From Rhodospirillaceae bacterium (lineage in GTDB: Bacteria; Pseudomonadota; Alphaproteobacteria; Rhodospirillales; Rhodospirillaceae), in contig JAYQVH010000005.1 of NCBI GenBank assembly GCA_038148375.1, positions 43,441 to 107,440 on the forward strand: a stretch of 64,000 nucleotides of DNA, read 5' to 3'. The notes beneath the pieces are model-generated. The model ran no database searches. It was not told the DNA's origin and saw nothing but the letters and a program-made list of their open reading frames with translations. Of this stretch, positions 31,970 through 41,581 are shown in pieces (the stretch's first letter is position 1; each line of letters opens with the position of its first letter). Position numbers and translations under genes: made by a program.

Positions 31970-34453
31970 ATGGCCGCTCGCGTTTGCGCGGTCCTGGTGC
32001 TGATGACTGCCGGGCTGGCGCAGGCCCAGACACCCGTGCTTTTTCCGTCGCACCTTCAAGACCCATCGCGCTTGATCTATTTCGAGGTGGCGTCTCAGCG
32101 GCTGGCGGACGCATTGATCGCTTTCGCGCTTCAGGGAAATCTGTCGATCGGGGTAGACGATCCACGTCTTGCACAAGGCGACGTCCCGCGCCTCAGTGGG
32201 CTATTCACCGTTCATGACGGCCTGCGCCGGCTGCTTCAGGACAGCGGACTAACGTACCGCTTTGTCGATCCCGTCACCGTACGCATCTTCGAGAGCCAGT
32301 CAGCGATGCCGGTGCGGCGAGGGGTCCGCCGTCAGCCCCGTCTCGCTTCGGCTGCACGCTAGGCCGAATTGGAAGAGGTGATCGTAACCTCCACCAAACG
32401 GGAAGAGGACCCGCAGGACCTGCCGATGGGCATTACCAGTGTTTCGGCTGAACGCATGGCGTGTTTGAACGTGCGGGAGACGACGGATCTCGCACCCCTG
32501 GTCGCGGGACTCAGCATGACCAATCTGGGGCCCGGACGGAACAAGATGTTCTTGCGCGGTCAGTCCGATGGTCCGTTGGCGGAGCGCACTCAATCCACTG
32601 TCGGCGTTTACATCGATGAATCCCCGCTGGTGTTCAGCGATACCAATCCGGATTTCCGTCTGATCGATGTCGAGCGGGTGGAAGTGCTGCGCGGGCCCCA
32701 AGGCACGCTGTTCGGCGCGGGGTCGCTTGGCGGGACGTATCGCATCATCACGGCCAAGCCCGATCCTCACACCATCGCCGCGCGTGTCGGAGCGTCCGCG
32801 GGGTTTGTCCAACGCGGCGATCCGAATTTCGCCGCCGACGGAATGAACAACGTCCCGCTGTCCCCGCGTCGATCGGCAATCAGGCTGGCTGCGTTTTATG
32901 ACCGCTATGGCGGCTTTATCGACGATGCTGGCCTCCGTGAGCAAAACGTCAACGATACGAAAATTGCCGGGGCGCGCATTTCTTATGCAAACGGTCTTAA
33001 TGACCGGTGGTCTTTATTGATCACGGTGAACGGCCAGCAGATCGATCTCGACGACACGCAGTATTTTTCTCCGGACGTCGGCGTGCTGACACGATCAAAT
33101 CTCGTTCCCGAGCCCCGCAAGGATCGTATCTATCAGGCAGGCGTTGTCGTCGATGGCGATCTCGGCTGGGCGGACCTGACATCTGCATCGACCATCGTTT
33201 ATCGGCGGATTTCAAATCAGTCGGATGCGTCGCAGGCGGTCCCAAACTTGCTGGGGCTGGATCTTCAGCCAAGCCCGTTCACATCCAGGGACAAAATCCG
33301 CACGCTGGCGCAGGAAGTGCGGCTGGCCCATCAGGGGCGCCGGATGGACTGGCTGGTCGGCGGGTTTTATCTCAGTAGGGCGCAAAACCTGAAAACGTCG
33401 TTTGTGGTGCCGGGGGCGGGTCTCGCCTTTGCCGGCGACGGATTTCCGTCGAACGAAGTGTTTGCCGAGAACCGAGACGACGATATCAAGGAATATGCGG
33501 TATTCGGAGATATCGCCATGCACCTCAATGCGCGGTGGGAAGTCTCCGCCGGTCTGCGCGCGAGCCGCGGCGCGCTCGATGTGTCATCGCTGACGACCGG
33601 AGTGATCAGCGGACGCGAGGACGAAATCGATCTGCAAAACGCCAAGACAAGCGTTACGCCGCGTGTGGCGATCAGTTTTCGTCCCTCCGACCACTTGCAC
33701 CTGTATGCGCAGGCGGCAAAAGGCTTCCGTATCGGCGGGGTCAACATCAACACGATGATTTCAGCGTTGTTCGATCCTGGCCTCGATCCTGATGAAGCGC
33801 TGAAAACCCAGACTTTTACAGAGGACTCGGTATGGAACTACGAGCTCGGCGTGAAGGCTCGGGCGTTCGATGGCCGGCTGGAGACGTCTCTCGCCGGATT
33901 TTACATCAAGTGGGATGACATTCAGACCGATCAGCTGCTTCCGACCGGCTTCCTGTTTGTCACCAATGCCGGCAATGCAAAGAACTATGGTGTCGAACTT
34001 CAATTCGCTGGGCAGTTGAACGACCGAATTACCGTGACCGCGGCGGCGATCTGGAACGATCCGCATTTGGTCGAAGGCAACGGCTTTCTCAATGCGGCGA
34101 AAGGCGACCGGCTGCCCGCCATTGCGTCGTTCACCGGCGGGTTGAGCGTTGCGTATGAGCAGCCGGTGCGTCGCGGCGTCGAGTTCGCGGCAAGCGCCGA
34201 CTACACGTACGTCGGGTCGTCGTCGCTTTTTTTCCATAAGGATTTGTCACCGAGGATGGGCGACTTTCACCGCCTAGGTATTCGCGCAGGCCTGCAGAAC
34301 GAGTTGTGGCAGCTCGCGCTGTCCGTGACCAATGTGTTCAATACGCGGGGCAACACCTTCGCCTTCGGCAATAGTTTTAGCTTAAACGCAACGTCGCAGT
34401 ACAACCCGCTGCGGCCGCGTACGATGAGCCTGAATTACGTGCGCAGTTTTTAA
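31970..34453 (+). pseudogene. TonB-dependent transducer (STN signalling domain + plug + barrel) interrupted by an in-frame TAG at 32360-32362
   Basis: Track ORF 31916-32362 holds the signal peptide MAARVCAVLVLMTAGLAQA and the STN domain (LADALIAFALQGNLSIGVD...GLRRLLQDSGLTYRFVD). It ends ...RLASAAR*. The same frame continues AELEEVIVTSTKREEDPQDLP (plug) through to the terminal ...LNYVRSF. Confidence 0.85.
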
Positions 34454-34475
34454 GGCGCGCACGTTGCGCACGAAC

Positions 34476-35156
34476 TCAGCCGTCGGAGGGAGGAGGAACA
34501 TCGGCGTCGCCGAGAATGAGGGCCTTGGCATATTCCGGTGCGATCAGGTGACAATACAACGCGCCGCGGAAGGCTTCCGGCGTCATTTTGAAAAGCAGGT
34601 TGGTCCAATCCACTTGAAGGCGCTTCGATTGAATGTGCAGGGCGCCGCTTTCGCCGCGCCAGGCATAAGTATACGGCTCAACCCATTTCACTCCCATGAA
34701 GACCGTGGTGTCTTCTTCGAACATGATCTCATCGTCAGACAGCACGCGGCGTTCGGCTTCTTCAGGGGTGAAAGCGGCAATCACCGCGGCGACGTTCTCG
34801 CGATTCAGGGCTTCGCAGGTGCGCGGCTCCTCGACTGCGGCATTGTCGCCGTACACTTCGCGGATATGGTCGGCCGCTTTGAACTTGCACGATACCATCC
34901 TTGGTTCGCCATTCGGCCCGAGCGTCGTGAACTGTTCATTGCGCAGCGGGTCGACCGACGCCTTGGATTCCAGGAAGTCGTCCCAGGTCGGGTGGATCTT
35001 GGTCACCGCCGGTACTGAGTTGCTCATGATCGAATTCTGCATGGCGTTGCAGAACTCGTCTGAGATTTCGGTTTGGCCCGCGAACGCGGCACCACTGGCC
35101 ACGGCTGCGTTAAGGCCCAGGCCGGCCACGATTGCGACAGAAATACGGATCGTCAT
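34476..35156 (-). CDS. exported hypothetical protein (226 aa)
   Basis: Start set at MTIRISVAIVAGLGLNAAVASGAAFA (signal peptide). The longer track ORF, which extends to 35543, would overlap the MFS gene. No family recognised. Confidence 0.5.
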   Translation of the reverse strand: MTIRISVAIVAGLGLNAAVASGAAFAGQTEISDEFCNAMQNSIMSNSVPAVTKIHPTWDDFLESKASVDPLRNEQFTTLGPNGEPRMVSCKFKAADHIREVYGDNAAVEEPRTCEALNRENVAAVIAAFTPEEAERRVLSDDEIMFEEDTTVFMGVKWVEPYTYAWRGESGALHIQSKRLQVDWTNLLFKMTPEAFRGALYCHLIAPEYAKALILGDADVPPPSDG

Positions 35157-35173
35157 GAAGAGCAGCTCCTCAA

Positions 35174-36409
35174 TTAGGCGTGCGTTTCGTCCGGCTTCGG
35201 CATGGGCAGTACGTTCGCGAGGATGACGGCCAGAACCAAAAGCCCGGCGCAAATGTAAAACGGCGCTTGCGAGTTTATCTGATAAGAAATCGTCCCAAGC
35301 AGCGGTCCAATCATAAATGCGATGGCCTGGAACGCCGACGTCAAACCGGCGACGCTGCCCTGATTTTCCGGGCCCGCGGCGAGGGACGCCGCTGTCATGT
35401 AGGCCGGCCAGCCCACGCCGCCGCCGATGCCGAACAGCATCATCCCGCCAACCACAACCGGCATGCTGTGCGCGTTCATGACAATGAACACGGCAACCGT
35501 TGCGATGGGCAGCCCGACGGTAACCATGCGGCGCGGCGGCCATTTCACGCGGGTTATGAAGGCGACCTGAATCACGATTTGCATGATCGCGGATGCGGAC
35601 AGAGCAATGCCGACATCGCGGGCCGTCTGTGCCGCGTTGAGTTCGAAGGCGTCCTGAAAATGGAAGCCGAGCGCCGTAATCAGCGCAACGTTGCCGAGGA
35701 TCAACACCATGAACCCGCCGGAAATGCTCAGGATCAGGGGCGTCAGGACGTTACGGAACCGGACTCTGTCGGGTGCTTTGTGGCGTGCGGGCTCGTGCAG
35801 CCAGTACATATACATGCCGATGGCGGCCACACCCATGAGTGTCACCGCGTAGAACGGTGCCGTCGGCGTGAGAGCTGAAAAGATCGCGGCCATCGCCGGG
35901 CCGATCACCGAGCCGAAAGCCCAGGCTGCGCTGATCACCGCGACGCCAGCCGCCCGTTTGTCACGGCTGGTCATGTCGGCGACCAACGCCATGGTCGCCG
36001 GGTAAATCGCGCCCGATGTAAGGGTGTAAAGGCCACGGATCGCCGTGAGCAGCAGGAAGCATGTGATCGCGCTCATCACGCCGGACAGGCGAAGATCAAT
36101 GGTCAACGCAAATATGGCTGTCGTCACCACGTATCCGACGGCGCCCAATAGAATGACTTTTCTGCGGCCCCAGTCCTCGCTGACCCGGCCCCACACGGGT
36201 CCGGTAATCAGCATGAACACGCCGCCGACGGCGAGGATCACGCCGACCTGCCACTCGATAAAGCCCATTTCGCGTCCGAGCGGCGGCAAGATGGTGATCA
36301 GGAAGTTGTTGCCGATGGCGCTGATCAGCATGCCGTAGGACAGCACCAATCCTGTCAGTTTCGGCAGCGATCCCGGTTCGTAAGCGGCGGAGGTGGAGGC
36401 GTCTGACAT
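35174..36409 (-). CDS. MFS transporter
   Basis: About 411 aa from MSDASTSAAYEPGS, with about 12 hydrophobic segments and an MFS loop motif GPVWGRVSEDWGRRKV. Confidence 0.8.
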   Translation of the reverse strand: MSDASTSAAYEPGSLPKLTGLVLSYGMLISAIGNNFLITILPPLGREMGFIEWQVGVILAVGGVFMLITGPVWGRVSEDWGRRKVILLGAVGYVVTTAIFALTIDLRLSGVMSAITCFLLLTAIRGLYTLTSGAIYPATMALVADMTSRDKRAAGVAVISAAWAFGSVIGPAMAAIFSALTPTAPFYAVTLMGVAAIGMYMYWLHEPARHKAPDRVRFRNVLTPLILSISGGFMVLILGNVALITALGFHFQDAFELNAAQTARDVGIALSASAIMQIVIQVAFITRVKWPPRRMVTVGLPIATVAVFIVMNAHSMPVVVGGMMLFGIGGGVGWPAYMTAASLAAGPENQGSVAGLTSAFQAIAFMIGPLLGTISYQINSQAPFYICAGLLVLAVILANVLPMPKPDETHA

Positions 36410-36749
36410 AAACAAAGGGGCCTTAACAAAATGTCCGCGGCACGGCACTTATCCCTACGAAGAACCGGCCCGAGTCCGATCACTTTGGATCCTGTGGTGT
36501 CCGGCCTGACCGAAGAACGGGCGGGGCTTCTTATCGGCGTCTGATCCGTGAATTGCAAAGCAAAATCTTGCGATTTTAAGGGGCGAACGCATGCGGACCG
36601 CGAGGCGGATGGCCCAGTTTCGAGCCGCATACACTGAAATATTCTGGTAAAATTTGATCCCGATCAAACAGACGAAAGAGCTAATTCCCCATAAATCTCG
36701 TATAATTTCCTATATTGAGGACATCTGGCTGAGAGAGGACACGTCCGCC

Positions 36750-37922
36750 ATGTACATGAATTTCTGGTATCCGGTCTGTAAGACGAGCGAGCTGACCGAT
36801 AAGCCGATCCGGGTGCGAATCCTGAAGCACAATTTTGTGGCATTCCGGGATAACGAGGGCAGGCCGGCGCTGCTATCCGACACCTGCGTTCACCGCGGTG
36901 GCGCCCTGTCCGGAGGTAAATGCAAGGAAGACGGGACGGTCCAGTGCCCTTATCACGGCTGGCGCTTTACCCGCGACGGCGAATGCACGCGTATACCGTC
37001 GCTCGGCATCAACGGCAAGATTCCGCCGCGCGCGCGTGTCGATGCGTATCCGACTGAAGACAAATACGGCTTGGTCTTCGCATTCATCGGCGATCTGCCC
37101 GAAGCCGAACGTCCGCCGATCATGCCGATCGACGAATACGGCACCGATGGCTGGCGCGCGACGATCCAGACCTTCGACGTCAAGTACAACTATGAACGCT
37201 CCATCGAGAATGGCCTCGACCCGGCGCACAATGAGTATGTGCACTCGACCCACGGCTATAAGGGCGAGAAGGAAGAGGAATACAAAGTCAACGAACTCGA
37301 GCCCTACAAGAACAACGACTGGGGCTACGGATTCATGCACACCTTCGACGCCCCACCGCTCAAGAATTGGCTGATGAAGCGCTTCCGTCCGGCCGGCGGC
37401 AAGATGCAGGCGGGCTCAGGCACCTATGGGCCCAATCAGATGTGGACCTACATCCACTTGTCCAAGGGCATGTCGATGCATCAGTACATGTTCGAAGCGC
37501 CGATCGAAGAAGATCAAACGCGGATCTTCCTCGTCAACCTGCGCAGCATGGGCATCACCAAATACGAGTGGCTGAACAAGTTCCTCGATAAGAAAATCAT
37601 GGAACGCAACATGTTCGTCGCCAGCGAAGACATTGCGGTGGTGGAAAAACTGGAGCCTAAGCTGACTCCGCCGACGACCACCAAGGAAGTGATGATGCCG
37701 CACGACCGGGTGTTGGTTCAGTACCGTGGCAAACTCAAGGAATGGGACGAGAAAGGCTGGCGTCTCAATCATGAGGAACTGAACGCGATGTCAGGCCGCG
37801 GCAACGTCGTGACCGCCATCCCGTGCCCGGCACGCCGGGACAGCAAGGCCTGGGTGCTGGATCCGGCTCCTGTCTACCAGGGCCTTGGCGAACCCGAGCC
37901 AGTCCGCGAAGCCGCCGAATAA
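36750..37922 (+). CDS. Rieske [2Fe-2S] non-haem-iron oxygenase, alpha-subunit-like
   Basis: Rieske motif CVHRGGAL...CPYHGWRF. Mononuclear iron motif ENGLDPAHNEYVHSTH. Start set at the ATG at 36750, after GAGAGAGG. Confidence 0.85.
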   Translation: MYMNFWYPVCKTSELTDKPIRVRILKHNFVAFRDNEGRPALLSDTCVHRGGALSGGKCKEDGTVQCPYHGWRFTRDGECTRIPSLGINGKIPPRARVDAYPTEDKYGLVFAFIGDLPEAERPPIMPIDEYGTDGWRATIQTFDVKYNYERSIENGLDPAHNEYVHSTHGYKGEKEEEYKVNELEPYKNNDWGYGFMHTFDAPPLKNWLMKRFRPAGGKMQAGSGTYGPNQMWTYIHLSKGMSMHQYMFEAPIEEDQTRIFLVNLRSMGITKYEWLNKFLDKKIMERNMFVASEDIAVVEKLEPKLTPPTTTKEVMMPHDRVLVQYRGKLKEWDEKGWRLNHEELNAMSGRGNVVTAIPCPARRDSKAWVLDPAPVYQGLGEPEPVREAAE

Positions 37923-37954
37923 TCTTCCGTCAGCTGTTACCGAGCTAATACAGC

Positions 37955-37992
37955 GCCGGCCCTTGGTTAACCCAAGGGCCGGTGTTTTTTAT
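37955..37992. terminator. bidirectional Rho-independent terminator between convergent genes
   Basis: ccggcccttgg-ttaac-ccaagggccgg hairpin followed by tgtttttt. Confidence 0.7.
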
Positions 37993-38999
37993 TCCGCCGC
38001 GAGCTTCGCAATTTCGTCCGGCGTCAGGCGCTGAGTCTGGCGCAGCTGGTCATCATAGTCGCCAGCGAGAAACGCGGCGACGTCCTTGGCCACCAATTCG
38101 GGCTCTTCGATGTAGGGGTAATGGCCGAGCTTGGGATACTTCTTCACCATGGTCGGTGCACCGGTCATCCACAACTGAATGATGTTGGCTTCCAGGTGCA
38201 TCACCGTCGGGTTTTCCATTCCCCACAGGATCAGCGTCGGCGCTATTATGTCGTCGAGCACCTGCGACGGATCGCCGGTCACGTAATTACGCATGAACGT
38301 GCGCGCCGGCTCCCGGCGGCCTTCGCGGCGGTTCATATCATAGGCCATCTCGATGTGGTCTTCGGTCGGCGGGCGCGAGGTTACGGTTTGCGATAACGCG
38401 GTGACCCAGTAATCCCAATCCTGGTGATGGCTGTTAACCCAGCGGCTAAAGGCTGAACCGCGCGGGCGGTTGGGGTTGGTCACCGCGGTGCGCGGCATTC
38501 CGGCGGAGTTGATGAGAATTAGCCGCTCAACCTTATCCGAATTGTTCGCGGCATAGCGGAAGGCAACCGTGCCGCCCGATGATGTTCCGACGAGATGAAA
38601 TGTCTCAATGCCCAGGGCTTCGGTGAGCTGGGTGATGAGGTCCTGATAGAATTCAACGGAGTAGCGGTTTTTCGCATCCAGCCCCGTGAGGCCGGCATTC
38701 GGATAATCGAACCGAATGACGCGGTAGCGATCCGTCAGCGCCGCGGCCATGCCGTCCCACGCCCGCGTGCTGTGATAGGAGGCGTGTGACAGAACGACAG
38801 GCGGACCTTCGCCTTCGTCGATGTAGTGCACTTCGACACCGTCGAGGTCGATGTACTGCGAATTGGGTGTTTCGTATTTTGTACGGAGGTCTTCGATTGA
38901 AATGTCGAACGCGCCGTTGGTCAGAAGGAGAAGCCATCCGCCAAATGCGGCGCCGATAACTACGGCGATAGCCGCACTGCCCTTTAGTATCTTGCTCAT
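37989..38999 (-). CDS. alpha/beta-fold hydrolase with an N-terminal membrane anchor
   Basis: Start set at MSKILKGSAAIAVVIGAAFGGWLLLL. Nucleophile elbow HLVGTSSGG. C-terminal GHYPYIEEPE is typical of the fold. Confidence 0.8.
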   Translation of the reverse strand: MSKILKGSAAIAVVIGAAFGGWLLLLTNGAFDISIEDLRTKYETPNSQYIDLDGVEVHYIDEGEGPPVVLSHASYHSTRAWDGMAAALTDRYRVIRFDYPNAGLTGLDAKNRYSVEFYQDLITQLTEALGIETFHLVGTSSGGTVAFRYAANNSDKVERLILINSAGMPRTAVTNPNRPRGSAFSRWVNSHHQDWDYWVTALSQTVTSRPPTEDHIEMAYDMNRREGRREPARTFMRNYVTGDPSQVLDDIIAPTLILWGMENPTVMHLEANIIQLWMTGAPTMVKKYPKLGHYPYIEEPELVAKDVAAFLAGDYDDQLRQTQRLTPDEIAKLAAE

Positions 39000-39170
39000 T
39001 GGCTCTGCTCTCTCCGTGCTGCTGATGCGCTTCAGAATGACCGCTCCGGCTGACTTCGCGCAAGCCGGTATCGTGCCCCCGGGGCCGCCGTCCACCCAGT
39101 GAAGAACAGGTTTGAGGGCCGCGCGGGTCCCAACTAGACTGGCAAGGCGGGCAAACAACAGGGGCGTCGC

Positions 39171-39992
39171 ATGCGGTATCTAGCGGTTTTGGCACTAAGT
39201 CTGGGCGTGGCGGCGGGGCCTGCTCAGGCCGAGCGGGTGATTGTCTTCGGCGCGACGGGGAACACGGGATCGCGCATCGTCAAACATCTGGCGACGGCCG
39301 GACATGATGTCACGGCATTCGTGCGGCCGACGTCAACCCGGTCACGGCTGACAGGTTACGACGTCGACTACGCCGTCGGCGACGTAACTGAGCCGGAGAC
39401 GGTCTCCGCGGCTTTCGAACGGTCGAAACCCGAAGTGGTGATTGCCGTCCTGCAGAGCCGGCGCGGCCAACCGAGCCCGCACGGCGAACCCGAGGTGCGG
39501 ATGGTGGACCTGGCGGAGCAGCACGGAACCAAGCAGTTCATTTACCTGAGTTCGGTGGGCGCCGGGCCCGATACCGAGGAAAAACGCGCCCTCTATCCGG
39601 ATATAAATTTCGACCTCTTTGCGGAAGGGCTGGCCCGAAAAGGGCGGGTCGAAGACGCGCTGCGGGCGAGCCCGGTGGCCTACACCATCATCCGATCCGG
39701 CTCGATCCTCGTCGAGTTCGGCCGGGAGCCGCCGCCCGGGACCGGCCGCGGCTATTTCACGGAAGACCAAACGGTCATGGGGCCGATCACCTACGACGAC
39801 TTGGCGGTCCTTATGGCGCGCTGCCTCGGGGCGTCAGGCTGCGCCAATAAGACCTACCACGCCACGGACGACACGCTTTGGCCGGAATACAACCATTGGC
39901 GCTGCCGCCGGTTCGCCGAGACGGATGATCTCGACGCGGAGTGCGACCACCTGCGGCCAATCGGACAGACCGTCAAACCGCGCGAAAACTAA
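39171..39992 (+). CDS. NAD(P)-binding NmrA/atypical-SDR-like protein with an N-terminal signal-peptide-like segment
   Basis: MRYLAVLALSLGVAAGPAQA is followed immediately by the VIVFGATGNTGSRIVKHL Rossmann motif. Confidence 0.7.
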   Translation: MRYLAVLALSLGVAAGPAQAERVIVFGATGNTGSRIVKHLATAGHDVTAFVRPTSTRSRLTGYDVDYAVGDVTEPETVSAAFERSKPEVVIAVLQSRRGQPSPHGEPEVRMVDLAEQHGTKQFIYLSSVGAGPDTEEKRALYPDINFDLFAEGLARKGRVEDALRASPVAYTIIRSGSILVEFGREPPPGTGRGYFTEDQTVMGPITYDDLAVLMARCLGASGCANKTYHATDDTLWPEYNHWRCRRFAETDDLDAECDHLRPIGQTVKPREN

Positions 39993-40714
39993 GCGGCGGC
40001 GGGCTCTGCCTTTGCTGGCCGGCTGTCGCCTTTACCGAACCTGATCACTGCGGCGACCACGGCAAAGTTGAAGATCGGCTCTCCGGCGTTGCCGAGGATC
40101 GGACCAACCAGGCTCTGTGGCGTCGCCGCCGCGGCGAACATCACGATGCACCCGAGGGCCAGCCACGGCCACTTGTGACGGATCCAAATGGCGATGCCGA
40201 CCAACATGAGCGAGAGATTGACCAGGATCGCGGCGGCCGGCGAGACATTCATCCCAACGCCGGCCATCTCCGGCGTACAGGCCTGGCTTTCGGCTACTTT
40301 TGTGACGTAGCGCAGTGTTTCGGCGAAACAGGCCGGATAGAAGTCGACGATAAAGATGTGGCGGAAGTCTTCGATAATGAAGAACACCGCAACAACGCAG
40401 AACGCTCCCATGACGAACTTGTTTTCGGCGAACTTAAAACCGGCGCGGCGCAACAACATACCCGCGACGATGAACAAAAGGGGCAGGGCGCCCCAATGCA
40501 TGCCGTACCGCATATATGTGAAGGTCAGCAGCACCGGGCCTTCGCCGATCCACTGACCCACGGCGATGGCGAAAGAGTCAAACCACAGGAACAGAAGCGG
40601 GATGAGAGTCAGCAGCAGGATGGTCGACCGCTCGGCCAAATAGGCCTTGAGGCACCAAACCAAACACGCGAAGGCCGCTGCCGCGATTACAAGATATCCC
40701 AGTGTGATGATCAT
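39989..40714 (-). CDS. polytopic integral membrane protein, function unknown
   Basis: 241 aa with about 7 hydrophobic segments. No motif recognised. Confidence 0.5.
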   Translation of the reverse strand: MIITLGYLVIAAAAFACLVWCLKAYLAERSTILLLTLIPLLFLWFDSFAIAVGQWIGEGPVLLTFTYMRYGMHWGALPLLFIVAGMLLRRAGFKFAENKFVMGAFCVVAVFFIIEDFRHIFIVDFYPACFAETLRYVTKVAESQACTPEMAGVGMNVSPAAAILVNLSLMLVGIAIWIRHKWPWLALGCIVMFAAAATPQSLVGPILGNAGEPIFNFAVVAAVIRFGKGDSRPAKAEPAAA

Positions 40715-40967
40715 GGTTCGTCCCCGGTGCTCCCCGAATTGATATGCGCGGGCAGTGTCGGGCGAGTCCTCCCGTGTGCAAAAGCATCAGCGCGTGCAGA
40801 CTTCCTAGCGGACAATTGGCGCACACCGATTAGGGTTATGGTGTACGGCCGCGACGTTGGATTGCCCTCGAATCAATGTGAGTCGGAATTGTCACACCCT
40901 TGATTCTATTGACGGAATCTCGCTCGCGGCGCTTGACCTCCAGACTCGGCCGTGATTCCCTAACACC

Positions 40968-41279
40968 ATGAAACGCGCGTCTGATCAGTCTAAGAGAATT
41001 CGCCATGTTCTGGCTCCGTTGCTTGGGTCCGCGTTGATTGCCTATTTTGCCTATCACATGGTGCAAGGGGACCGTGGTCTGCTGGCCTGGTGGCAACTGC
41101 GTTATCAGATTGAAGCGGCGGACCAAGACTTGGCGCGGGTGACCGATGAGCGCGCCCAATTGACGCACCGGATCTCCCTCATGCGGCCCGAAAGCCTCGA
41201 CTTGGATATGCTCGACGAAGAAACACGTGACGTGTTGGCTTTGGCAAGGCCGAACGAGCTCCTGATCATCCAAAACTAG
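40968..41279 (+). CDS. ftsB: septum formation initiator family protein (FtsB/DivIC-like)
   Basis: 103 aa with one N-terminal TM segment and a coiled coil (GDRGLLAWWQLRYQIEAADQDLARVTDERAQL). Sits in the conserved position directly upstream of pdhA. Confidence 0.75.
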   Translation: MKRASDQSKRIRHVLAPLLGSALIAYFAYHMVQGDRGLLAWWQLRYQIEAADQDLARVTDERAQLTHRISLMRPESLDLDMLDEETRDVLALARPNELLIIQN

Positions 41280-41581
41280 ATTATCGCTCCGTTTAGGATG
41301 CTTTTGGCGGCCTAATGAACCGTCTTTTTTTATCCTGTTTCCGACAATTCAGCGTCTTGAACGGTCTCTCAGTGTAATTTTATTGCGCCATAGAGAAATG
41401 TTATGATGTTACTTGAAGGCAGGAACGCTTACGATTAACCGATAACGGGTTTATCACGAATTTGTGCAGTGCAAACAGTTACTTAACTATTGTTTCTCTT
41501 GCGCGGGCTCTCCGTCACTGCGATAACTCGGCCACCAAACGCCCTGGGCAAAAAGGGTGAATGACTTACCGGGGAGACAGC

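Noticed and set aside
17324-32362. Stop-codon reassignment or programmed readthrough as the explanation for the three in-frame TAA/TAG codons.
   Set aside because: TAA and TAG terminate many conserved genes in the window at the expected lengths (kdsA, pyrG, lpdA, pdhA, fecR). No recoding signals are visible. Nonsense mutation or sequencing error is more parsimonious. This cannot be fully excluded without read or proteome data.
34476-35543. The 355-aa version of the minus-strand ORF.
   Set aside because: The N-terminal 129 aa overlap the 3' end of the MFS gene and are Arg/Gly-rich. The internal start at 35156 gives a clean signal peptide, so the shorter 226-aa product was preferred.
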